The notes below the pieces were generated by a model. It did no database searches and was not told the DNA's origin. It was given only the letters and a program-made list of their open reading frames with translations. From Massalongia carnosa (lineage: Eukaryota): 64,000 bases of DNA. The DNA lies in contig OZ287072.1 of the NCBI GenBank assembly GCA_965645245.1, forward strand, positions 930,001 through 994,000, in the 5' to 3' direction. The position numbers and the translations under genes were made by a program. Positions 1 to 13,011 of this stretch are shown piece after piece (position 1 is the stretch's first letter; every line of letters begins with the position of its first letter).

Positions 1-1
1 C

Positions 2-1196
2 GTGAAGCCCTCCACGGATCTCTCCAAAGATCCTGCGGATCCCTCCGAAGCTGTAGAGTCCTCCTTATTCCCTTGCGTAGTATTATTCAAGGAATTGTCT
101 GAGCATATCAAAGCGGATCCCTTCAAACCATTTCCTACAGATTCCTCTAACGATCCCATTGTGGATCCTTCTCCGTATATATTCCAACCACTCGGCTCGG
201 TCGACTGGTTGGGCCCTAAATACGGTTTATCGATGACAGATGAGAATATGTCAGGGCTATACATTCCACAGATGCAGCCCCTAAAAAGAGAGGCTTACCC
301 CGATGTGGATAGCCTTATACGTCTGGTAGAGTGCTATAGAGACGAAGTCATAATTTTCGCCCAATCAATGCCCGATGCGGACATTAAGAATATCATAGAT
401 GCTACCGAAATCGATAGACTTCAACGGGTTTTTAACGAATTTGGCCAAAGGGAGGACCCACAGGTTCCGCCAATCCTCATTGCAGAACGCCTTAAGACAG
501 TAGCGTGGCGAGCTTCTGTTCTCCAGCACATCATTCATTGGGCAAATCTCAGTAATATTGTGGTAGACGGAGACATCAATCAAACATTATTGCCCTCTCG
601 AGTCGTTGCCTTGTATCGTGATCTTGATCGTCATAGTAAATTCTCTACTACTAGGCGATTAGCCGGAAACAAAGTATTAGCTAATAAATGGGCGTGCAGG
701 CGATGAGACACATCGAATATTATTCAATCGATGGATTGAGATAACGTTTGGCCTATTAACGAGGGGTATGGTGTTTTCCGAGCCTCCCAAGAAGTTGCCT
801 AGCGCATGGATCGTATCAGGTTGGTCATCATTGAGCTTCTGGGGCCCTACTTCCTGAACAACTCGCCCATCCAACCCTTTTCCGAAGGGCTGGAGGACAT
901 TCTTCGCAAAGCTGTAGCTGTTGGATACCATCTCATTGGCACTACGGAGCCATATCGATGGGATTGGAATTAGCTCAAACAGGAGTCTAAAGACTTGGGG
1001 AGTACCACGCTCGGAAAAACTCCCCGAGGCGGAGGAGGTACCACCAGGAATTTGGATCACGGCTCCAGCACTTGTGAAAGAATTTGATTGGGAAGGGCGA
1101 CAACTTCGGGACGAGATTACCTGCATGGTAGCCCGGCAGGTGAAACTGGATCCGAAATATTTCTATGATCACGCTCACCATCGCCACCTCTGGTAA
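2..1196 (+). pseudogene. 5'-truncated hypothetical gene, possibly frame-disrupted
   Basis: 234-aa ORF open from the window edge. Plausible intron 636-699 (GTAAAT...GCTAAT...CAG). Further protein-like segments lie in different frames (LEDILRKAVAVGYHLIGTTEPYRWDWN*; IWITAPALVKEFDWEG). No family recognised. Confidence 0.3.
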
Positions 1197-1923
1197 TTAC
1201 TGCAAATCCGTAATCTATATGTAACAAGTGAGTATTCAGCGTATTTGGGGTTGCAGAATGTATAGGGTTGAGAGGTTTTTGCAAAGTTGTGGTGGAAGAC
1301 ATGTAGGATATCTAAGGTCTCCTTTGCATGCGGGTTTCAGCATCGCGTTCGCGGAGTGAGTTTCATCAGTAAACTATTAATGTTAGCGAGATGGCCGATG
1401 AATGGTGGTGGACGTAGCAATTCGAAACTTCACCATGTTTCCAAGACAGTTTGCCTTCACCATCCCTCGGGCGCAATCTTTCTGATCTCTTCAATAGCAG
1501 AAATTTCCGCAGAGCCTTTACCAAAGCGACTCGTCATCTTTCAATTAGTGGAAGATGCCGAATGAGAGCTAGTGGCAGATGAGTTCGGGAGGGATAATGG
1601 TAAATGGGCGATGACGGTGGTCTTCTTGGGGGGTTCTCATATTTGTACATTACAAAGCGGCTCCGAAAGTGGAAAGTAGAAATAGAAAGGTAGGAATAAT
1701 AGATTAAAAGATCTTTTCCAGATAAATAAATTGGAAGGAGAGAGAGAGAGATCAATATCAGTGACTATGTATCTGGTTGCTGTCGTTGGCGTCCCCGCTC
1801 AATTGATCTGATTTCGTGATACAACTAAGTTAGCTTCGATACTTCTCCAATAAACTACTTACTACTTAGGAGTGCTAGACCCCGTCTACTTACTCTGCAC
1901 ACTTCATATCAAGAAGAACAAAT

Positions 1924-3183
1924 ATGCAGTCTTGTGAAGCAGCCGAAGACAATATAGTTGCCATCAAATCAGCCGCAAGCACGCTACTAGACCTCCCTCC
2001 AAGCTGCATGGAATTTGCACCTTCCTGGCATGACTACTTCGTTGTCGGCACCTATCACCTTCAGCAGAACGAGAGTGTGGGAGGGGCAGAAGAGAGGAAC
2101 GCGATTTCAGCGCGAAGCGGAAGTCTAATATTATTTCATTTGCAAGGACACGGTGACCTGTGAGATAGCCATATATTCCTCGATACCTCTATCGAATGCG
2201 ACCCATCCGTGTTCTTGACGGTAATAGTCAGATCGCTTTGCCAAACAATCCCAACTCCCTTCGCTGTCCTAGATCTCCGTTTCTCGGAGTGGGAGCCGTG
2301 GATCTTCGCCATCGCTGCCAGCAACGGTTCAGTGCATCTCTACGCCCTCGAACCCCAAGATGAGCAAAAGGTTTCGATGAGAAATGTCTCCTCCATCAGT
2401 ATAGATGATCCTTCGCTTCTAGTGCTCTCACTAGCATGGAGTACCTGTGCTGCTGAGCCATCAACGCTGGCAATCTCCTTGTCCGATGGAAGGCTCGGGA
2501 TCCTTAATTACAAGTCACCTAACAGCTCCTTAAACTTGCACGCTCATTCCTTAGAAGCATGGACCGTGGCTTGGTCACGGAAGAGCTGCAATGACGGAGT
2601 TCATCAGTTGTACTCAGGTGGTGATGACTCTTCACTTTGCACACATCATCTAGCATGCTCTCTAGCCGTACCAGAATCGGGCAATGTTCCAGCAATCGAG
2701 GCGTCAAATCCGACTGCCTATGATAACAAAACACACAGCGCCGGAGTGACTGCGATCCTGCCTATTGCAACGGATACTGCGGACGAGCAGATTGTACTGA
2801 CAGGCAGTTATGACGAGTTCCTCCGGGTACTACTGCCTGCAACGCAAAGCAAGAGATCTACACTCCTGGCCAAGAAGCGGCTAGGCGGAGGGATATGGCG
2901 GTTGAAGCTTCTGAGCCCTGATGAATTAGCTCACACCGGACAGCCGATTTTCAAAGTATTGGCAAGCTGCATGCATGCGGGCGTGAGGGTGGTCGAAGTC
3001 AGTCGGCGTGGGGAGCTTGACTGGACAATCAGGGTAGTGGCCAGTTTCGAGGAGCATGAAAGCATGAATTATGCTAGCGATGCTTGCATGAAACTGGGCG
3101 AGGATGGCGTAAGGAGCACAAAGTATGTGTCAACCAGCTTTTATGATAGGAAGCTCTGCGTTTGGAAGATCAAAGATGATTAG
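1924..3183 (+). CDS. DPH7: Diphthine methylesterase, WD40-repeat protein
   Basis: Motifs LDLPPSCMEF, FVVGTYHL, AHSLEAW, YSGGDD, HSAGVTAI, TGSYDE, LGGGIWRL, SCMHAG, HESMNY, SFYDRKLCVW. Intron 2160-2231 (GTGAGA...CAG) joins the two ORFs in frame. Confidence 0.9.
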
Positions 3184-3361
3184 CTTCACGCTGCTCACGG
3201 ACTAGGAGTTATGAAGTGCTAACTCTTACTTAATGGATTTCCCCCTTGCAGTCAGTCCCCACCGACGGATTTCTATTGCCAGAAGCTTGTTGAGACCTTG
3301 TAATGATCCCATAGTCAGAGAGACAGAGCACACCACAACTCAACTTCCAGCGAAGTGCCTC

Positions 3362-4063
3362 TCAAGGCCTCTCACTCGCCTCAATGGCAGCCCTTAACTC
3401 TACCTTCCTATTCTCTCTCCACACTCTATGCAACCCTTCAATCTTCCCCCCCAACACACTCGTACTTCCCGGCTCCAACAAGAGCACGCCCCTCGTGACC
3501 TTGATATCCTTCAACAAAACCTTGCATCCAATACTCATCTCCAGCCCCAATCCCTCCACACCCCGCAGCTCGATCCCGTACGCCCTCGTCCCCTTCACGT
3601 CTTGCAGCAACACCTTGTGAGGCCCACCTTTGGTGATGATACCAACATTGCCACTGGCACTCTCATCATCCGCCTCAGTCGGCGCCACCACCCGTACAAT
3701 TTCTCGACCCTTCGTGCCTTCGCCCCTCTCCAGCGCTTCGATGGCTTCAATCTGCTCCCAGCGACTCTTGCTCATGTCCTCGATCGCAAGCACCTGCGCC
3801 ACAATCGGCCCTTCTAACCGCCGCTCCTGCACGCCAGCGTTGTGCACGTCGACAGGGAGAACCGTTGTAGGCGTGGCGGTAAGAGAGTTGGTGATGTCGG
3901 AGGCTAAAAGGCGGAAGAGCGCGGTTTGAGTGAGAACGGGGAGGGGCGTGGTGGGGCGTTGGGTGAGGATGAAGGCCGAGAGCCAGGTCTGGGTGGGGGT
4001 GAGAGACTTGGTGGTTGTGAGCTGAGCTGATATTTCAGCGACAAGGGTGGGGGATTGAAACAT
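3362..4063 (-). CDS. RMI1: RecQ-mediated genome instability protein 1 (N-terminal/OB-fold)
   Basis: Single 233-aa ORF with TALFRLLASDI, LEGPIVAQVLAIEDMSKS, HKVLLQD, IGCKVLL and RGVLLLEP...VLGGKI, typical of fungal Rmi1. Confidence 0.85.
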   Translation of the reverse strand: MFQSPTLVAEISAQLTTTKSLTPTQTWLSAFILTQRPTTPLPVLTQTALFRLLASDITNSLTATPTTVLPVDVHNAGVQERRLEGPIVAQVLAIEDMSKSRWEQIEAIEALERGEGTKGREIVRVVAPTEADDESASGNVGIITKGGPHKVLLQDVKGTRAYGIELRGVEGLGLEMSIGCKVLLKDIKVTRGVLLLEPGSTSVLGGKIEGLHRVWRENRKVELRAAIEASERP

Positions 4064-4167
4064 TTAGAAGCAAGTATCTGGCATTTTCTTTCCTCCATGG
4101 TTGGAGACTATTTATTACGTAGATCGCTGGGGTAGCTGGACAAAATTGCAAATCAACAAAAGTATAA

Positions 4168-4266
4168 TGCCCAAAGTGAGAATCGAACTCACGACCTTCG
4201 GATTTCTACAATTTAATTGTAGTCATATTATGAGACCGACGCGATAACCGACTACGCCATCTGGGC
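4168..4266 (-). tRNA. Elongator tRNA-Met(CAT) with 25-nt intron (4204-4228)
   Basis: Reverse complement GCCCAGATGGCGTAGTCGGTTATCGCGTCGGTCTCATA[intron]ATCCGAAGGTCGTGAGTTCGATTCTCACTTTGGGCA folds as a cloverleaf. TTCGA T-loop and T31:T39 apposition match elongator Met. Intron lies after position 37. Confidence 0.93.
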
Positions 4267-4387
4267 AGTTCTCACACAAAATCTTCGATTAAGTTCATAA
4301 TTAATTAATTTGTTCTTTTAAATGCGGAATCTCTCCGCTCCATCCTCCCCTTCAACACTCGATCAGTCTAAATTCGCCCCGCCCAAA

Positions 4388-5312
4388 ATGTCCACAATAG
4401 CGTCTCCCCGCCCCTCTTTTACCTCTCTAACCACCCCATCCTCTTCCCGCCGCCCCTCCCTCGACCATTCCCAAGCCCCCTCCCCCTCTCTCGGCTCCAT
4501 TCCCCCACGCCGCAATCGCGCCGCTCTACGGGAATACTACCGCCTCAAAAACGCCGAGGCGAGAAGCGAGCATAGCGCTCGGTGCTATGACGGGGTGGTG
4601 CAGGAAAGCGAGTTGGATGCTGAGGGGTTCGACGCTGAGGGATATGTTAGGGGGGTTTTGGTGAGAGGGGGGTTGGAGGATATGTTGAAGCTCGAGGCGG
4701 CGTTGATCAACGGTATTATCCACTAACCTATAGCGCAAGTGATGAACGAGCTGAGTTTGCTGACAATATTTTGGGAGTATACTAGAAATCAAGGGATTGG
4801 ACGGGGAGAGGAAGGCGTTGGTGTATGACAATTATTCCAAACTCATCACGGCTACGGATACCATTCGGAAGGTATGGTTTATTGCTAAGTCTCCAAAGGG
4901 CGAGGACAAATGCTTGACAAGAAGGGTTCTATAGATGCGGACGAACATGGATCCACTAACCCCCGCGACCTCAACACTTTCGCCAGCCATCTCCCACATC
5001 GCGGAGACCGCAGCGTCCCTGTCGATATCGTTGCAACCCCCCGGAAAGAAGGCCGAAAGGGGCGATCTGTCCCAGAATGTCGGTGATCCTGTTTTGAGGC
5101 GAAAGCAGCAACGGGATACTGTTCGGTGGGTGCTGGGGGCCCCGCAGCGGTTGAGGTCTATGCTTGATGCTGGCCAACAGGCAGGAGCGGCGGATGAATG
5201 GAGAGAGGTGGAACCGTTGCTAGGGAGATGGGATGGAGTTGGGGGCGCCAAGGACATCAGAGATGAATGTACGAAGATCATGAATGCTGCAAGTTTGAAA
5301 GACGGGGTATGA
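4388..5312 (+). CDS. VPS51: GARP complex subunit Vps51
   Basis: MSTIASPR, RRNRAALREYY, ELDAEGFDAEGYV, EIKGLDGERKALVYDNYSKLITATDTIRKMR. Introns at about 4713-4785 and 4872-4934. Confidence 0.88.
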
Positions 5313-5523
5313 AATCACTCCTGTTCTATGCTATGGGCTAAGCGTACTGTCGAGTCTATAACCATTAAATCATATGTCAGTTTATGGTCTTAGGTAAACA
5401 GGAACGAGATTTTAAGTTCCTAACTTATATTTACATAGACTAAATTAATCCCCTTAGTTAGCCCTCGCGATGATTCCTTCCAAGCGAGACTTGTGGTAGA
5501 GTTTGATATCATTACGCGTCAGT

Positions 5524-8500
5524 TCAAGAAAAGGCCTTCCAGCATTGAGGCATCCAAGGAGCAGTCATAACTGCTCGCTGTGCATCACTAAGCCGGCCGG
5601 TCCCTGCAAAAGCCTTGCACAGTCCTTCCGCGCTCAGTGATCCTCCTGGGGGTACAGCTTTTGCTGCCGTAAGGACAGCCATCTCCACCGGATAAATTCC
5701 ATCATCCAGTGGTGCCAGTTGGGCCCATCCATGTGGTTGTGATGGGAAGAGCATCACGGCTGTGGTCGCCGAAGAAATTCTTGAGGATTCTTCGCCATCC
5801 TCAGGATACAGGGTTGCTATGGAGGTTAGCAACAGCGAAATTTGGAGTTGCTGCTGGATGTTGAGACTCTCGCGAACTATCAAGCGCTGCAGCTCCACAG
5901 AAACAGACTTTACCAGTTCTTGATTCCCGTCTAAGACCGCTACTGTACCAAGAAGGGAAGTAGCACTGACATGGCCGTGGAATTTCTTATTACAGTCAAG
6001 AAGCTGCTCATATGCTACGGCTCGCTCTTCGTCGCCACCTTTTGCCCAGAGTACTTTCACCAAAAGACAGATAAGATCTGGGTTGCCTTGGGTTTCTTCT
6101 AGCGCACTGCGAAACAGGGCGATAGCCTGATTCATAGACCCTTGGTAATAACATGCCAATCCGGCAGCTATATGGGCAGAGAGCTTATGCTTGCTGAAAG
6201 TTGCTTGAGCACCGTCCTCAGCAGATAGGCCTAGGGAAGTCTCAGCATTTTCTACCACAACGGTGAAATCTCGCTCTGCGAGCCGAACTCGACTTAGTTC
6301 CGCTTTGGCTTGCGAAAACCGCGCTAGGGCGTCAGTCGATTCCGAAGATTCGTACTCTAGCTCAAGTGCTGAACATATCTTCTCAAGGGTTTGCACGGCG
6401 GATGAGTAATCGCCTATCCGCTCAGCGAAGAGGGATGAGAGATGTTGGAACGGAAGATCAGCTGGTTGCTGGGAATGAAGCTGATGTAATGCGAATTGCG
6501 GTTGAAGAAGGTTGATAATGCTCCGTGATGACAGCGGAGAAAAGAGGTGATCGAAAGCTGAGATTGAGTACTGTTTTTTTGCCGCTATAGAACTTGATGC
6601 TGAAATCTCAAAGGCATGGGTAAACAACGTATACGCCTCCTCGGCCTCTCCCATCTGGCCTGCCAATATACCCTGACCCACCCAGGCATGAGCGTAGTCG
6701 GGATCGGTAGATTGCGCTCTAGTGAATGCTTCGTTTGCAAGCTGATAGTCGTTTTGAACAAGATAGAGGGCACCAATATTTGTCCAAACTCTTGCGCTTC
6801 TTTCATTAAGATGAAGGCTACGGACAAAAGCATGCTGTGATACTTTAGGGTTTAAGTATGCGGTCACAATGCCTAGGGAGTTCCAGTATTCGGAGTTTCC
6901 GGCTTCAAGCTCAATAGCTCTCTTAAAACATTGAACTGCAGCTTTCAGAAATCTTAACGAGCCCTTTTTCAGCGATATCTTCTTGTGGTCAATATCACAG
7001 GTATGTGCTTGATACTCTGTCCAACCCAAGTTGTACCATGCAATAGCCCGGCCATGAGGATCACTAACAACACGAATAGAACGTTTGTTCGCCAGAATGG
7101 CTGCGTATATCGCGAATTGAACTGAAGAAGCTTTATCTTTCTCCATACTATGAATGTGGAGAACATCTATATTAACTCCATCAAACTCGGTGAGGAGTTG
7201 ATAATCTCTAAGCTCTATATCACTTTCAAGGAGCGCTCGCACTTCGTGGAAGGGAAATTTTTCGGCATACGACTGCACCGAAGCAAATATTGAGCAGGCG
7301 TCTGCGACTGCTTTCCACATGTTGAATGCATCGTTTCGGTGTTCTGAGATACGTGTGGCGACATCCAGAGCTTCAATTGCAAGACTGGCAGAGCGGCCAA
7401 AAAATCCATCGTCTATATTTCGCCATGCACATTCAATAAGTGTCTGGAGGAGAGCAATGAAGACTCCAAACTCCTTCGTTCTTGTACTCAAGATCAATCT
7501 GTATCCGGCTGCCGCAGCTTCGAAATCGCCTAGTTCCCTTCTAACATTGGCAAGCATGTAGGTGCAGAACCAGCGATCCTCCTCGTTATCGTATCCACCA
7601 GAGTCTGGCAAATTTTGAGCTTGTTCATACGCTCTTATGGCTGCCATATAGCGCCCAGAATTATGGTAACTCTCTCCAAGCCCGACCCAGCTATGATAGT
7701 CATTTGGTAAAATACGAAGTGCTGACTGGAAGGATGCGACACTGTTGGTATAATCTTGATTGTTTAGTTGTGCTACGCCCAGAGCTACAAAAGGCCAGCT
7801 GACTCCTTTCTTTCTGGAGCTAGGGGCAGGTTTAACCCTCCCAGAATCGATGACACGCTGAGCCACAACCTCAACCAAGCCCCATTCCCCAGAGTCAGCA
7901 AAGGACCCAGCAAGACGCTTTGCAGCCTGTACTTCAGACGCCGAGAGTTCAAAGGCTTTTTGGAAACACTTTCGTGCTCGCTTCTGATCTTTTCCATAAT
8001 CCGCGTAGTAGACCCCAAGACTGGTATATGGAGGAGCGTAATTCATATCAGCTTGCAGGGCAGAGATGAACTGAGCGTAGGCTCCTTTACGGTCCTTCCT
8101 TGCTACTCTAGAGGTATCTCGTTCCCATATGCAAATGCCAATCCGGTACAGGGTCTGAGCTCTGAGCGTTTTCGTCCTTGCATTTGAACCTTGTATTTCA
8201 AGTAGACACTCTTTTAGCTCAAATAGACCTTTGTCTCGTTCACCGGCTAGAGCTTTGCACCAAGCCATTTCTGCTTTTATTCTGGGGTCAGGAGCTGACA
8301 CGAGCGCCCTACCAAGAAAGTCGATTGCTCCAACATAGTCTTCCTGGTCCTCAAGAATAAGCCCAATACCTATAAGAGCCGGCGTTCGGGTAGGTTCGCG
8401 CAGCAATATGCTCTCGAATAGTAGCCTAGCCTCCGGATGGTGTCGAGGAGTCTGGTACCGAACCAAGGCATTGGCTAGAATGGTGTCGATTGCAGAAGTA

Positions 8501-9837
8501 CTGTTGGCGAAGCCAAGTCCTGAAATCTTTGATTCTACTTGTATTTGGTGTTTTGCTTGGCGTGCCACATTTACTGCACTATCATACTCTTCCAGCTGCA
8601 GAAAGTATTCTCCCATCAAGCGGTGTGATAATATGGATCCCGAGCTTTCGTCCAAGCCTTCGGTCATCAGAAGTAGTCGATCTTCGGAGCTCATAGGAAG
8701 AACGCTATCTCCACCCTCTTGATTTTCTGCAAGCTGAGTTGGGGGCTGTGGAAAGGGAGAGATATCACTATGTAAATAACCCCATAAGACCTTACTTAGC
8801 CCATCATCAGGAAAAAGCCCGATGTACTCTTTAAGCACACCGCTATCAAAACTCTCCAGCTCGTTTACGTCTTTCCATTCGAGTTCGACCTTCCAAGCCA
8901 GAGGAAATGGATGCTTCAAAATCACCATGTCCCGTGCCAGATTACGGACGCGTTTTAATTTCTCTAACTTCTTAGACTCCAATAATACTACAAGGGTATC
9001 GTAAGCATGCTGGAGAAGCTTTTCCTCGTACTTTCGCCGCGTGTCATCTTCGCTTGTCCAGTTGATGACATGCGTATACAAACCTTCCAAATCACTACCT
9101 TGCAGAACCTCTCTCTTCACATCTGTAATCACTTGGTCAATTCTAGCCTCTAGCCTCATTCGTCGTTGTCCAACCTCCTTGTTAATTTTCTCCTTTTCAT
9201 CTACTTCGGAAATATCCGCAATCTTTGCATAAGCATAAGCTGGATTTGGGATCCGCCCTTCAAGATAGTCAAAGATGGCACATGTAGGCAACAAAATATC
9301 CAGTGAGCGTTTATATTGCTGTCGACTACCGAAGTTCTTTGTAAATTCTGTATACCTATCAACGACAGTCTGGCATCGCGTCTTGTCATCTCTACGTCCT
9401 CGGGTTTGATTAATAGCAGTCCTAACAGTTGGAGCACTTAATCTTCTCTTACTTACTCCTTCATATAAATCTCTGCAAGATTAACAGCAGCTTCATGATA
9501 CTCATCTACTTTGGTCCCCATTTGCTTTTCATAGAGAGTGATAAGGCCTTGCCATGCCAATGCTTCGTTAGGCTTTGATTTTGTCGCTGTGCGGTATGCT
9601 CTTTCTGATTCGTCGTTGAGGTTCTGTTTCTCAAGGGCTAGGCCCAAGAACACATTTCTAGCAAATAATATTATCAGCGACGGCAACAGTTTGCTCTACA
9701 GCACGAATGTAGACGTACGCATGGTAATTATTAGGGTCCATCACCAAGATTCTTTTGGCCTGCTCAGCAGCTTCATCATATTTCTGCTTATCCAAGGCTA
9801 ATTTAGCAGCCTTGAGAGCATTTTTTATGACGGGCAT
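5524..9837 (-). CDS. SKI3: Superkiller protein 3 (TPR subunit of the SKI complex)
   Basis: Long TPR-rich ORF (1256 aa) plus two 5' exons (KNALKAAKLAL...; VFLGLAL...AWQGL). Motifs RARKCFQKAFEL, SWVGLGESYHNSGRY, SQHAFVRSL. Confidence 0.92.
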
Positions 9838-10606
9838 TGTCCTTCTTAGGTGTTGTGTCAAGGATGAGTATCAGATCTGAAGTGAAGCGCTCTATGGTCG
9901 ATGGATCCAAAGCTTTAGCGCTGTTAATAAGACACAATAAAAATGAAGACTGAGACCCAAAGTTAAGAATCATAGATGGTTGAGAAAAAGAAATGGATTT
10001 GGTACTAAGCCACAGAATCCCGAACCGGCTATCTAGAATCTATAGTATTCTTCCCATCACCAGTCAACATGCTTCGTCTATCAAACTAAGTATAATCAAC
10101 GAAAGATTTTGAGCATCCGTGGACTCAACCAAAAAAAGTGAAAATGTGTCATGACTTTCTGATAACATGAGATAATTGCTTGGATGTAAGGCTCTCAGTC
10201 AGAAGCGACTTGGGAAGTTTCCTGCTGTATCAAGGATGTTTGGTGATATATTTGCCTTGTAGGGCTAAAGTACCTACCTTATCACGTGCTAACCCAACAT
10301 TGACGTTAGATGATCCTTCGTACTCGTAAGGTGGACCCCAGATCTGCATCGTATCGTCCGAAGGGGAGCAGGGATTGCCAATCAAACTCTCCAAGCCACA
10401 CCTCGATCTAAGTAAGAACTCGTATTCGTACTCGAACAGCTTGAACGTTTAAAATCCTAGAGAGGGAGTCTTTCCCATGCTACATCTTGCTGTTCGCTCC
10501 GATGCCTCGATAGGAAATCGACAAGACGACGCAAAGCCTTGAACTTGCATAGCTGAACCATTTCACTCATCCTTCAATAACCTTGATTTCTTACACGGCT
10601 CACTAT

Positions 10607-13011
10607 ATGGCTCCACTACGCCTAACGATCGAGGGGCCAATTTTCCGAGATAGAGAGAAACGTGAGGTTACTCTTCGTGGGATCAACGTGGCTGGAGATG
10701 CCAAGTTTCCAACACGGCCTTACTTGCCCTCACATTTACAGGACCGATTCTTTGAAGGAGACGACGTATCGTTTGTAGGAAGGCCATTTTCGATAGCGGA
10801 AGCACACACGCATTTCTCGAGACTAAAGAGATGGGGTTATAACCTAATAAGGTACGTTTTCACTTGGGAAGCCATCGAACATAGTGGGCCTGGGAAATAC
10901 GACGAAGAATGGGTACAACATACAGTAGATATTCTAAGGCTGGCCAAAGATTATGGCTTCCACATCTTCATGGATCCTCATCAAGACGTCTGGTCAAGGC
11001 TCATGGGCGGGTCCGGTGCGCCGATGTGGACGATATACGCCGCTGGCCTAAATCCTCGCACCTTTGCTTCTACCGAGGCTGCTTGGGTTCATAATACCTA
11101 TCCCGATCCTGCAAATTACCCCAAGATGATCTGGGCAACCAACTATACCCGATTAGCCTGTCAAGTCATGTTTACGCTTTTTTTTGCTGGGAAAGACTTT
11201 GCACCCAAAGCCATCATTGATGGTAAGAACATTCAAGACTACCTGCAGGATCATTTCTTCGCAGCCTGTAAGCATCTTGCATTACGAATCCGAGAAGCTG
11301 GTGATCTCGAGAATGAAGCTGTGATCGGGTGGGAAAGTATTAATGAGCCAAATAGAGGACTTGTTGGCTGGCAGGATCTGACGGTCATACCTGATGAACA
11401 GAAGCTCCAAAAAGGAACTTCGCCTACCGCATGGCAAGCTATTCTTACCGGATCTGGGAGATCATGTGAAATTGATACTTGGGATTTCGGTGGCCTTGGG
11501 CCATACAAATCGGGGACCCAGCTAGTAGATCCGAAAGGTGATTCTGCTTGGCTCCCAGCAGACTACGATGATTCACGATATGGTTGGACACGAGATGCTG
11601 GGTGGAAATTGGGAGAGTGTCTATGGGCGCAGCATGGCGTGTGGGATCCCGAGAATGATACGCTGTTAAAAAAGGACTACTTTGCAGATCATCCAACCAC
11701 AGGAAAGCCGCTCAGCTATGAAATATTTACCAACACATATTTTATGAGCTATTATAGGAAATATCGAGATGCTATCAGAAGTATTCATGTAGATGCCATT
11801 TTGTTCTGCCAACCGCCTGTCCTGGAAGTGCCTCCGTCGTTGATAGGGACCAAAGACAATGACCCTAATATGGTATTTGCGCCTCATTTCTATGATGGCA
11901 TTACCCTTATGATGAAAAAATGGTAGGTTCATCTCACTCTAGTCACCCAATCGGTCTGGCTCACAATACAGGAACCGGTATTGGAACGTCGATGTTTTCG
12001 GGTTGTTGCGTGGAAAATACATGTCACCGGCTTTTGCTATCAAAGTTGGCGAAACGGCGATTCGAAACTGCTTCAGAGATCAGCTGGCTGCCATCAGGGC
12101 AGAAGGTGTGGAGAACATGGGAAATCATCCTTGTGTCTTCACTGAGATTGGTATTCCTTACGACATGGATGATAAGTATGCTTACAAAACTGGTGATTAC
12201 TCAAGCCAAGTCTCTGCTATGGATGCGAATCACTTTGCATTGGAAGGCAGTGGCGTTAACGGATACGCTCTTTGGGTTTACATGACCTTGGTAAGCTCAG
12301 AACATTATTTGTAGACCCCAACATTCCGCTAAAGGCCTGCAGAATAATCACAAGTGGGGGGATCTCTGGAATGGAGAGGACCTTTCAGTCTTCTCTTGTG
12401 ACGATACGCCTCTTCCTCTCACTTCTGACGCAAACGCAAACGGCCAAAATTCTGCAAATACATTGACATTCTCGGTGAACAGGGCATCACCTAACTTCTC
12501 GCACAGCAACTCGTCCGACCAATGCTCGGTCTCCCCGTCAAATATTAATCAAGCCTTATCTACACCCTCCATCTCAACGCAACCTTCTAGTACACCAGAC
12601 GAGCTTACGAGCAAGCCTGGCTTCCGTGCAGCCGAAGCATACGTCCGGCCCAGCCCAATCGCCACAGTGGGCACCATCAGTTCATTTGGCTTCGATCTCC
12701 GCAACGCGACCTTTACGCTGGCGCTGCAATGCTCGTCTGCCGCCACTGAGGCCGCGCCAACGGAGATATTTCTCCCAGAATTCCACTTTCCACGGGACGA
12801 CACCGACATCAAGGTTAGCAGCGGTAAATGGACCGTCAGCGTCGATGACACGGACGGCGGGTTCATTCAGAAGATGCGGTGGTGGCATGGCCCAGGCAAG
12901 CAAAGTTTGACAGTCAAGGGCGTAAAGAGACGACAAGGCATCTTGGTAAGCAAGGATGAGGAAGAAGGTTATTTTGCACAGTGCCAGCAGAGCCAGTGTG
13001 GCGTCATGTAA
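10607..13011 (+). CDS. Glycoside hydrolase family 5, endoglycoceramidase-related / sterylglucosidase (EGH1/EGCrP-like)
   Basis: LRGINV, SFVGRPF, TWEAIEH.GPG.YD, DPHQDVWSR..GGSGAP, catalytic INEP and TEIG. Introns at about 11923-11971 and 12291-12342. Confidence 0.88.
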
